Positions 1 through 7,719 of a DNA stretch of 64,000 bases are shown here, one piece after another. The position numbers and the translations under genes were made by a program. The stretch's first letter is position 1. Every line of letters begins with the position of its first letter. The notes under the pieces are model-generated. The model was not told the origin of the DNA and did not search any database. It was given only the letters and a program-made list of their open reading frames with translations. The stretch spans positions 18,591-82,590 of the forward strand of contig JALGSV010000002.1 of NCBI GenBank assembly GCA_029821755.1, read 5' to 3'. Origin of the DNA: Candidatus Zipacnadum vermilionense. GTDB taxonomy: Bacteria > Armatimonadota > Zipacnadia > Zipacnadales > Zipacnadaceae.

Positions 1-1780
1 GCAGTACATGACTAGCGGTCCGGAGATCGCCGCCTTCACCGTCTCCGCCAGCGGCCGGGACATGGAGTGGCTCGGACCGGACACGGATATCCCCGACACC
101 GCCGACTGGTTCCGCGCCGATGTCAACGGCTTCCGCCTGCGGCTCAAAGTCACCTCCGAGGTAGGCGTGGACCGGGTGCTGCTGTACGACGGCGAGCGCC
201 TGATCCGGCGATGGCTGCCCGGTGGGGAGAAGGTCTTCGAGATCGAGCTAGACCTGACCAACGCGCAGCAGTTCAACTACTGTGTGGAGGCTCACGACCT
301 GCAGGGCGGCATGGCCCTCACACCTGACTTCCACACCCAGCGCAACGATTGGGCCGAGTTCTTCTGCGCCGACCGCAACAACCAGCTCAACGTCGGCTAC
401 GAGAGGGCCGCAGACGGCACCGCCTTCGGCTGGTCCGGCACTATCTATCTGACCTACAACAACGGTAAGTGGGGCGGCTGTACTCCCACCACCGGCCGCT
501 TCTGGTTCCGCGACTCCCTGGCTCCGGTGCCCAACGACCCCGTCTATGACGAGATCGGCCCCTGGGACGGCGGCGTCAACACCCCCGGCGCCGCCTTCAA
601 CTTCAGCCTGGTCATGCCGGACCTCGACCCGCCCGAGTACGTCTTCATGACCACCCCGGGGCGGGAGCTCATCTCCACCGACATCGGCATCGGCCGCATG
701 ATCCTCCAGGACGGCTTCGACCTGTCCTGGCCCAACTTCGCCGGCGAGACTTACGTCGGCTGGAGTATGTTCCCCGTCTGTGAAACCCGCTACGTCCGCG
801 CCGAGCGCCTGGGTATGGTCTTCCGCCCCCGCCCGCGCTCGCTAGCCACGGTCATCTTCCAGTGGGACATCAGCCTCAAGCAGCCGGTCGAGTTCATCGA
901 ACCCCTCCAGGTCGGCTTCCTCGATGCCCTCGCTACCCACGTTCTGCACAAGGCGGACGGCTGCCGCGTGGAGATGGCTGGCGAGGGTGAGGACCCCCTC
1001 GACTTGACCTGGGAGCCCGGCGAGTACCTCATCTCCTGGACCCAGGGCCGCCGCCCGGCGATCTTCTTCAACGACAGCGTCCCCCTGCACCTGCGCCGAG
1101 CCCAGGCGGACTCCAGTGGCCCGCTGACCCTCGGGTGTGAGCCTGGCCAAATTGCCGCCTTCCTGGAGGGCGACTGTCTCCCCGCCCTGGACCATCCGGT
1201 CCGAATCAAGCTCCTCGGCATCGGCGGCGCCCACGATGACCGCGACCCGGAGATCGGCGAGATCGCCCTCCGCCAGATGGGTGTCCTGGGCGACCCCGCC
1301 TATCGCGTCGAGCTGGAATCCGGCGGCCTGCTCAGCACCCGCCTCCTTCTTACACTGGACGCACAAGGAACCGGCGTGGCCTGCCACATTCCGCAGGCCA
1401 ACTTGCTCATGGCAATACCGATCGCCGTGGAGAATCTCAACCCCAACTGGCCCACCGTCCTGGTGGACCGGGCGACCCGCCGCTGGCGCCCGCTGGGGAT
1501 GTTGGGGACCACCGCTTACGCCACCCTCGATACTCTCCCGCAGGACTGGAGCCTCTACCTGGGGCACCCCGTCACCGCTTCCGACCCCCAGGTGGTCCTG
1601 AGCCTGGCGCAGATCTCGCCGGAGGAGTGGGTCCTGGAGGCGCACAACCCGACGGACGAGGCGATGGACCTGAGGGTGCAACAGTCGCCGTACGCCGACC
1701 TGCTCAACTGGGAGGGCGCCGCCTGGAGGTTGGAGCCGGGGATGTCGAGGTTCGAGACGATCAGGGGGAAGGGTGACTGA
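1..1780 (+). CDS. 5'-partial secreted hypothetical protein, paralog of the C-terminal ~600 aa of the 40075..44004 protein
   Basis: ORF 8..1780 is open to the window start. It aligns with the C-terminal part of the 1309-aa protein at 40075..44004 (shared CADRNNQL, LIRRWLPGG/LIRRFLPGG, HNPTD motifs). The true gene probably extends upstream of the window. Confidence 0.6.
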   Translation, partial: QYMTSGPEIAAFTVSASGRDMEWLGPDTDIPDTADWFRADVNGFRLRLKVTSEVGVDRVLLYDGERLIRRWLPGGEKVFEIELDLTNAQQFNYCVEAHDLQGGMALTPDFHTQRNDWAEFFCADRNNQLNVGYERAADGTAFGWSGTIYLTYNNGKWGGCTPTTGRFWFRDSLAPVPNDPVYDEIGPWDGGVNTPGAAFNFSLVMPDLDPPEYVFMTTPGRELISTDIGIGRMILQDGFDLSWPNFAGETYVGWSMFPVCETRYVRAERLGMVFRPRPRSLATVIFQWDISLKQPVEFIEPLQVGFLDALATHVLHKADGCRVEMAGEGEDPLDLTWEPGEYLISWTQGRRPAIFFNDSVPLHLRRAQADSSGPLTLGCEPGQIAAFLEGDCLPALDHPVRIKLLGIGGAHDDRDPEIGEIALRQMGVLGDPAYRVELESGGLLSTRLLLTLDAQGTGVACHIPQANLLMAIPIAVENLNPNWPTVLVDRATRRWRPLGMLGTTAYATLDTLPQDWSLYLGHPVTASDPQVVLSLAQISPEEWVLEAHNPTDEAMDLRVQQSPYADLLNWEGAAWRLEPGMSRFETIRGKGD

Positions 1781-1832
1781 TCCCCACGTGGTCCGCCATG
1801 TACGACGGTCGCTCAGTGAGTGTCCCCTCCGT

Positions 1833-1857
1833 CCCCCTCTCCTGCAAGGAGAGGGGG
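1833..1857. terminator. perfect 10-bp stem hairpin (CCCCCTCTCC-TGCAA-GGAGAGGGGG) between convergent genes
   Basis: Inverted repeat read directly from the sequence. It lies between the stop of the 8..1780 gene and the stop of the minus-strand CHAD gene. No T-tract follows, as expected in a high-GC genome. Confidence 0.5.
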
Positions 1858-1924
1858 CAGGGGGTGAGGCTCCGCGGCTGGCGCGAGCAAGTCGCAGGCA
1901 TCGCGGCACTGGTGCGCGGCGACG

Positions 1925-2833
1925 CTAGTCCAATGCATCCAGTAGCGCGCTTCGCCAGGTCTCCTCGCCCAGGACGCCGATGGATTCGCGCGCGGTGACG
2001 TAGAGGGCCTCGCGGCGCTCCTGCAGGGCGCGGAGCGTCTCGCTGGTGCCCTTGAGCCGCCGGGCTTGCGCGTGGAAAAACTCCCTCAGTGCGGCGTCCA
2101 GCACGTCGCAGTCATGGGCCAGGCCCAGCGTCTCCTGGATCCCCGCCACGCTCTGGTACGGCCCGGCCAGCGCTGGCAGGGCCGAGAGCAAGGGCTCCAG
2201 CGTGTATTTGAGGCGCTTGACGACGATACGCAGGCGGTGCAGGGCAGCGGGATCGGCGGTCGCCTGCGCCTCGGCCAGGCGCTGGCCGGTGCGTTCCAGG
2301 CGGGCGTTGACGGCCAGATAGGCGAAGCGGTCTAGCGGCAGACCGCTCAACCGGCCTTTGTGTTTCCCCGTGTCCCGGGCTAGCCGCCGCAGGCGCGCCA
2401 CCAGCCGGTCCGGCCCGGCCAGCCGCTCCCACAGCTCGACCGTCGCCTCATGCGCCGTCAGCCGCTGCTCCTCCCAGGTCGCCACTGCCACCTCCAGGAC
2501 CGGTGCCGCCCCCGACACGGCCTCTGCCAGCTCCCGCGCATGCCCGATCAGCACGTCCCTGTCGCGCGCCCGCCCCAGACCGTCATTCAGATCCTCTACC
2601 CGCGGTAGTACCCGCCGCCGAGCCTTCACCGGCACCAGCCGCTGGAACAACCGTAGCGTTTCCCGTAGCCGCTTCACCGCTACCCGCAGATCATGCAGCC
2701 CCTCCACCTTCCCCGCGCACGCCGGTTTCACAGACGCCAGCACCTCGTCGGTCTTAGCATCTATCAGCTTACCCGCCGCTTTCCCGGCGCGGGTATTTGG
2801 CGTAAGTCCCTTGGGCAAAATAGGCTTGGGCAT
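1925..2833 (-). CDS. CHAD domain-containing protein
   Basis: Repeated CHAD-type helical motifs (LHDLRVAVKRLRETLRLF, LHRLRIVVKRLKYTLEPL). The ORF-track N-terminal extension (to 3028) is read-through of a palindromic repeat (RGAGFLARP translation). The real start is probably ATG at 2833 (MPKPILPKG). Confidence 0.7.
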   Translation of the reverse strand: MPKPILPKGLTPNTRAGKAAGKLIDAKTDEVLASVKPACAGKVEGLHDLRVAVKRLRETLRLFQRLVPVKARRRVLPRVEDLNDGLGRARDRDVLIGHARELAEAVSGAAPVLEVAVATWEEQRLTAHEATVELWERLAGPDRLVARLRRLARDTGKHKGRLSGLPLDRFAYLAVNARLERTGQRLAEAQATADPAALHRLRIVVKRLKYTLEPLLSALPALAGPYQSVAGIQETLGLAHDCDVLDAALREFFHAQARRLKGTSETLRALQERREALYVTARESIGVLGEETWRSALLDALD

Positions 2834-2856
2834 GGTGGTGTAGGGCAGGATCTCTT

Positions 2857-2934
2857 CCGCGTGGGGCGGGCTTTCTAGCCCGCGTTCCCCGCTGGTGTCC
2901 GTCCCCGGGCGGGCTAGAAAGCCCGCCCCACGCG
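2857..2934. repeat. REP-like palindromic repeat, type A pair (CCGCGTGGGGCGGGCTTTCTAGCCCGC ... GCGGGCTAGAAAGCCCGCCCCACGCG)
   Basis: Two inverted copies of the 26-nt unit separated by 27 nt. The same unit recurs at 31027, 33827 (degenerate), 60941 and 63435/63487. Confidence 0.8.
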
Positions 2935-2940
2935 CACGTG

Positions 2941-4326
2941 TCAGCACGTCACGTGCATAAACAGCGCCTTCGGCCCCTCGGCGGCATTGAAGGCTTCGGC
3001 GGCCTCCGGCGTCGGCAACAACTCCCATCGCACGCCCTGCGCGCGCAGGAAGGCCTCGGCGTCTTCGGTCAGGCGCACCATTTCCTGGAAGCCGGCCCCG
3101 ATGATCAGCAGGCTCGGGCCGCCCTTGATTACCTTCGCCAGTTCCTCCGGTCCCAGCACATGGGAGGTCCCGTAACGCCCGCGCGCCAGCTTCTTCTTCC
3201 GCGCTTTCAGCTTCCCCCCGGCTCGGATGTACAGGTCAGTCGCCAACTCCTTGCCGTTCACCACCGCGGCCCCGAAGCTGACGCTGTCCAGGTGCGGGTA
3301 GGTAGGAGCGGGATCCGCTTCGGCGGGGCAGCCTCCCTCCTCCGTCTGCGTCGGGCGGAATGGCTGCCCGCTGGTCTCGGCGTGGGCCAACGCCGCCGCG
3401 CCCAGGGCCACGGCATCGTCGCCCAGTTCCGAGAGCGCGAGGCGCAGCACATCCCGCGAACGCCGCAGGTGGTCGCCCCGTACCTCGGCCTCGATCAGTG
3501 GCATCAGAAAGTCGCCGCAAGCCTCCATCACACCCCCACCCAGGATGACCATATCCGGGTCCACTATATGCCGCAGGCTCACCACGCCCTGCCCCAGGTA
3601 ATGCCCCACGCGGGTCATAATCTCGGTAGTCAACTCATCGCCCGCGCCCAGGGCCTCCGCCAGCATGCCGCTGCCGACCCGCCCGGTTTCCGCGGCTTCC
3701 CGCAGAGACGACGTACGTCCAGCCGCCAAGCCTTCGCGCAGTTCCCGCTCAATGGCCGTACGACTGGCCAGGGCCTCGAAGCAGCCGGCATTCCCACATC
3801 CGCACCGTGGACCGTCGACGCTCACCACCATGTGCCCGATCTCACCCGCCTGGTCCTCAGACCCCGCCAACAACCGCCCGCCCAACACGACGCCGCCGCC
3901 GACGCCCGTGCCGACGAAGATACCCACCACATTCGCCACGCCCCGCCCAGCCCCCCGCCACACCTCCGCCAGCGTCCCCAGGTTCACATCATTACCCAGG
4001 AAGATCGGCACGGGGAAGCGTTCGGCCAGTTGGTCGCGCAGATGGGCATCGGCGTTAGACAGATTAGGCGCGTGCACCACCAGTCCCGCCCGGCTGTCCA
4101 CCACCGCCGGCACCGCCAGCCCCATGCCCGCCACCTCGCCGACGGTAGTGCCCGCCTTTGCCAGGACCTCACTCACCGCGGCCGCGATCTGGTCGCCCAG
4201 GGAGCCCTCTCGCGCGACCCTGAGCTTCTTGCGCCCCAGTATCTCGCCCTCCGCCGTCGCCACTACGGCCAGAATCTTAGTTCCACCCACGTCAACGCCC
4301 AGGTATAGGGACCGGTCTGCACTCAT
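2941..4326 (-). CDS. ROK-family sugar kinase (glucokinase / possible polyphosphate glucokinase) fused to a C-terminal Mth938-like (DUF498) domain
   Basis: N-terminus has LGVDVGGTKI and the ROK zinc motif CGCGNAGCFE. The C-terminal ~140 aa (SLLIIGAGFQEMVRL...EAAEAFNAAEGPKALFMHVTC) resembles the Mth938-like fold. GAGGTG lies 8 nt upstream of ATG 4326. Confidence 0.75.
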   Translation of the reverse strand: MSADRSLYLGVDVGGTKILAVVATAEGEILGRKKLRVAREGSLGDQIAAAVSEVLAKAGTTVGEVAGMGLAVPAVVDSRAGLVVHAPNLSNADAHLRDQLAERFPVPIFLGNDVNLGTLAEVWRGAGRGVANVVGIFVGTGVGGGVVLGGRLLAGSEDQAGEIGHMVVSVDGPRCGCGNAGCFEALASRTAIERELREGLAAGRTSSLREAAETGRVGSGMLAEALGAGDELTTEIMTRVGHYLGQGVVSLRHIVDPDMVILGGGVMEACGDFLMPLIEAEVRGDHLRRSRDVLRLALSELGDDAVALGAAALAHAETSGQPFRPTQTEEGGCPAEADPAPTYPHLDSVSFGAAVVNGKELATDLYIRAGGKLKARKKKLARGRYGTSHVLGPEELAKVIKGGPSLLIIGAGFQEMVRLTEDAEAFLRAQGVRWELLPTPEAAEAFNAAEGPKALFMHVTC

Positions 4327-4390
4327 CTGCTGCACCTCAAGTGCCGCCGGATCGGAAGGATTGCTGGCCTCTAGCGGCTAATGTAACGAC

Positions 4391-4954
4391 ATGGGAGACG
4401 ACACCGGCTTCGGGGCGATTCTGGGCCTGCTGGACCCCTCGGCGCCCCCCGAGGCTCACCGGGCGCTGCGCGAGGCCTACCTGTGGGCGCGAGAACTGTA
4501 CGGTGACCAACGGCGCCAGGACAGTTACTCCGTTCTCACTCACGCCTGCTCCGTCGCTGCGGACGTATCCCGCTTTGGGCACCGGGACCCGGAGATGCTG
4601 GCGAGTGCCCTCCTCCACGACGTTCTGGAGGTCACCCACGCCTCTCCCACCGAGATCGAGCGCCGTTTCGGCCCCCGCGTGCTGCGCCTGGTCGAAGCCC
4701 TCACCCATGGGCCCGGCGAGCCCACCGCGGTCTCAGCCCAACGCGCACTCGAAGCCGGCGAGGACGCCGTACTACTGCGCCTCTGTGATCGGCTCGACGG
4801 CCTCCGCCGTAGCCGCCTCCGCTCTCCCCTCTCCCGCTCCCGCTTCCTTGCCGCTACCCACGAAACTTACATCCCCCTGGCGGAGCAGCACTTCCCCGCC
4901 CTCGCCACCACGATGCGCCAAGCGCTCCGCGAAGTAGAGCAGACGCTGGAGTAG
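4391..4954 (+). CDS. HD-domain phosphohydrolase, RelA/SpoT hydrolase-like (small alarmone hydrolase-like)
   Basis: Motif ELYGDQRRQDSYSVLTHACSVA...LLHDVLEVT...EIERRFGPRVLRLVEALT resembles the (p)ppGpp hydrolase HD domain. Confidence 0.55.
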   Translation: MGDDTGFGAILGLLDPSAPPEAHRALREAYLWARELYGDQRRQDSYSVLTHACSVAADVSRFGHRDPEMLASALLHDVLEVTHASPTEIERRFGPRVLRLVEALTHGPGEPTAVSAQRALEAGEDAVLLRLCDRLDGLRRSRLRSPLSRSRFLAATHETYIPLAEQHFPALATTMRQALREVEQTLE

Positions 4955-5082
4955 AGCCACGTGCCTCCGATCACATGGCGGCCTACGCTACAGACACTCC
5001 CTTTCCCTATCCGGTTTCCTCTTGACCCCCCTCCCTATCAAGCGCGCGGAAGGTACGCAAGGGGGGCAGGGGAGGAGTCGCC

Positions 5083-5904
5083 TCAGCCATCCTCCAGCAG
5101 CGACGAGAAGAACTCCCGCAGCCTCTCCGTCGCCCCGCGCTTCTCCTCCTTCGGCTCCTCCGGAGTCTCCAGGATCCGCTCGGCGAACTCCGTGGTGATG
5201 ACTTGCCCCGGTATCATCCCCTGCACCACAGACTGGACGTGGCTCTGCAGATCGATGAATACCTCCCGGACGGTCCGGTTGGCGTCGACCACGGTGAAGT
5301 TGTACTCGTCCACCATGGTCTCGAACTCGCGCAACAGGCGTGCCTGGTAGGTCACGAAGCCCTCGTACATGTCGTCCAGACACAGGAAGTCCATCCCGGA
5401 TTCCCAGTAGTCAAATCCCCCACTGGCCAGGACGCGGGGAAGAAGCTTGTCCAGCGAGATCTTCAGGTACAGCACCAAGTCGGGCTTCAGGGCGAAGCCG
5501 TATAGCCGCCGCAGCCACGGCGCCTCCACGCCCCGCACCGCCGCTCGCGCTATCAGTGAGTAGGTGTAGCGGTCGGTCAGCACCACATACCCCGCGCGCA
5601 GGGCCGGGAAGATCTCGTTCTCCAGGCGGTTAGCGAAGTCGGTGGCGTAGAACAGGCACTGGGTGCGCCGCCCCATGGTGTGCCCGAGCTTCGCTTGCTG
5701 GATGTGCCGCCCGGCCAGGTTGCTCCGAGTCAGGCCCGTGTCGTAGACGGCCAGGCCGGAGCTCTCCAGCCAGTTGCGCAGTATCCGTGTCTGCGTGCTG
5801 CGACCCACCCCGTCGGTGCCCTCCAGGACGATCAGCTTGCCGGGTAGTTCCTCCTCGAGACCGGTCATGCCGGGGAGGGGAACCCAGTAGAACTCAGGGA
5901 TCAT
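5083..5904 (-). CDS. thymidylate kinase-like P-loop kinase (paralog 1)
   Basis: Walker A LIVLEGTDGVGRSTQ and a DRY(T)YS motif typical of dTMP kinases. 273 aa, longer than canonical Tmk. GGAGGTGA lies 8 nt upstream of ATG 5904. Confidence 0.6.
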   Translation of the reverse strand: MIPEFYWVPLPGMTGLEEELPGKLIVLEGTDGVGRSTQTRILRNWLESSGLAVYDTGLTRSNLAGRHIQQAKLGHTMGRRTQCLFYATDFANRLENEIFPALRAGYVVLTDRYTYSLIARAAVRGVEAPWLRRLYGFALKPDLVLYLKISLDKLLPRVLASGGFDYWESGMDFLCLDDMYEGFVTYQARLLREFETMVDEYNFTVVDANRTVREVFIDLQSHVQSVVQGMIPGQVITTEFAERILETPEEPKEEKRGATERLREFFSSLLEDG

Positions 5905-6714
5905 CTAACCCTCACCTCCCATCGGGAAGGCCGGTGCCCTGGCATCTGCCGGCTGGCGCAACAACCCTTCCAGGTGCGGCTTGACGATGTCGCGCATCTG
6001 CCGCTGCTGCTCGCCGATGGGCAGTGTGCCGTCGATGATGGTGAGGTCGAACTCCGTCGCCGCCTGGTCATACTGCTCCAGGATCCTCCCTTGAAACAGC
6101 GCGAAGCTCTCCTCCGGATCATCCGACAACCCCAGGTCCATCCCCGCCTCGTACCACTTCAACTCCGGCCGGCCCGAGAGAATGCGGTCTAGGGCCACCT
6201 CCAGCGGGACCCGGAAGTAGAACCCAACCGTAGGGCGCACGGCGAAGGAGTACACCTCCCGCACCCAAGCCGGGTCGCAACCGCGCGCCACGTCCCGTGC
6301 GAAGGCGGTGTAAACGTAGCGGTCCGCCAGCACCGCCGCCCCTGCCCGCAGTGGCGGCACGATGTTGCGCTCGGTCCGGTCCGCGAAGTCGGTGGCGTGG
6401 ATCAGGGAGAAGGTGAGAGGAGTGAGTAGCCGGCGCGATTTGCCACGCCGCGTGGTCCGCTTGACCAGCGGGGAGGAATTCCACTCCGAGAAAAATGTGC
6501 TGTAGCCTTGCGAAAGCAGCCACTTGTACAGCAGACTGATCTGTGTGCTCTTGCCCGACCCGTCAATACCCTCCACCACGAAGAGCCGACCGCGATAGTG
6601 CTCACTGGGTTGTGCCATCCCGACACCGCCGTTCTCGTAGTATAGGCTGTGACCTGTTGTAGGGCGGGGGCCGCCTCCCTCCCCGGTGGGGGCAGCATTA
6701 TAGTAGCCGCCCAT
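5905..6714 (-). CDS. thymidylate kinase-like P-loop kinase (paralog 2); alternative start ATG 6618
   Basis: Walker A LFVVEGIDGSGKSTQ and a DRYVYT motif. Its stop abuts the start of paralog 1 (0-nt gap). The long form carries a Gly-rich N-terminal extension. Confidence 0.6.
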   Translation of the reverse strand: MGGYYNAAPTGEGGGPRPTTGHSLYYENGGVGMAQPSEHYRGRLFVVEGIDGSGKSTQISLLYKWLLSQGYSTFFSEWNSSPLVKRTTRRGKSRRLLTPLTFSLIHATDFADRTERNIVPPLRAGAAVLADRYVYTAFARDVARGCDPAWVREVYSFAVRPTVGFYFRVPLEVALDRILSGRPELKWYEAGMDLGLSDDPEESFALFQGRILEQYDQAATEFDLTIIDGTLPIGEQQRQMRDIVKPHLEGLLRQPADARAPAFPMGGEG

Positions 6715-6758
6715 GACGATAGCAAGGCCTTCCTGCCCCGCCTGGAGAACATGCGCTC

Positions 6759-7706
6759 GTGAGACGCCCTTGTCCTGTCCCAGATCACTCTCCCGGCGCG
6801 CGCTACGTTGCTTTCGACGTGGGCAGCAATACCGTCCGCGCCCTTGCCGCCGCCTGGCAGCCTGGCGGCACCCTCCTGGTCACTCAGCAGGCCGGCCGCA
6901 TGACTGCGCTAGGGCGGGGGCTGTCGGCCACGCGGCGTTTACAGAAGGACACGATAGCCGACACCGCGGAGTTCGTCCGGGACTTTCTGGCCCAGGCCGG
7001 GCCTTTCCAGGAGGTTTTCTGCGCCGGGACGGCGGCGACCAGGGAGGCGCAAACCACCGGCGCGCTGGCGGCGGCCCTGCGCCGGCAGGGGGCGAAGCTG
7101 CAGGTGCTGACCGGCGAGGAGGAGGCGCGCCTGTCCTACCTGGGGGCACTCGCAGTTCTCGAGCTACCGACCGCCGTCCGGCCCCTGGTTGCCGACCTAG
7201 GCGGGCGCAGTATCGAACTGGCCCTGCGCCGGGGCAATCGCCTGCTAGGCCTCAGCTTGCCGCTTGGCGCTCGGGCCCTGACGGAGGCGTGCCTGCTCCA
7301 GGAAATCCCCTCCCGCTCCGAGATCGCCGCCGCACGTCGCGACGCCCATGCCGCCCTGGCCGCAGCCAACCGCCTCCTCGAGCAGGCAGGCCTGGTAGTT
7401 GCTACCGGCGGCACCGCCTTCGCCGCGGCTTTGCTGACCGGCCCGTGCTGGAGGCTTAGCGCCGATGCCCTCCAGCGGCTCCGCCGGCGGTTGTGCCGCC
7501 TCCCGCTCCCGGAGCGGCGTGAGGCAATGTCATTCGATCCGGAGCGCGCCGAGATTATCTGCGGGGGATTGATCGCGCTGGAGGTGCTGGCCGAGCGGGC
7601 GCCGGGCCGCCGCCTGACCCTCAGCCCCGGAGGCCTGCGAGAAGGTCTACTACTCGATCGCACCGGCGCACGGAGGGTGGCGTTCGCGGAGGGGATGCGA
7701 ATCTAA
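6759..7706 (+). CDS. Ppx/GppA family phosphatase (exopolyphosphatase / pppGpp phosphohydrolase)
   Basis: N-terminal YVAFDVGSNTVRAL and the overall Ppx/GppA actin-like fold pattern. GTG start in the ORF track. Confidence 0.7.
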   Translation: MRRPCPVPDHSPGARYVAFDVGSNTVRALAAAWQPGGTLLVTQQAGRMTALGRGLSATRRLQKDTIADTAEFVRDFLAQAGPFQEVFCAGTAATREAQTTGALAAALRRQGAKLQVLTGEEEARLSYLGALAVLELPTAVRPLVADLGGRSIELALRRGNRLLGLSLPLGARALTEACLLQEIPSRSEIAAARRDAHAALAAANRLLEQAGLVVATGGTAFAAALLTGPCWRLSADALQRLRRRLCRLPLPERREAMSFDPERAEIICGGLIALEVLAERAPGRRLTLSPGGLREGLLLDRTGARRVAFAEGMRI

Positions 7707-7719
7707 GCCCGGCGAGTCT

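Noticed and set aside
2834-3028. N-terminal extension of the CHAD ORF (MGVVADAGG...RGAGFLARPGTDTSGERGLESPPHAEE)
   Set aside because: It is the translation of the REP-like palindromic repeat pair at 2857..2934. The conserved CHAD domain begins after the internal ATG at 2833.
2938-4308. 456-aa plus-strand ORF antisense to the ROK kinase gene
   Set aside because: Arg/Pro/His-rich low-complexity translation typical of the antisense frame of a high-GC gene; no motifs. The minus-strand ROK gene has strong motifs.
6619-6714. TATAAT and TATACT hexamers inside the 5' end of the long form of the second Tmk-like gene as an internal promoter
   Set aside because: No acceptable -35 element at 16-18 nt spacing; cannot distinguish from chance. 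Kept only as a note on the alternative start at 6618.
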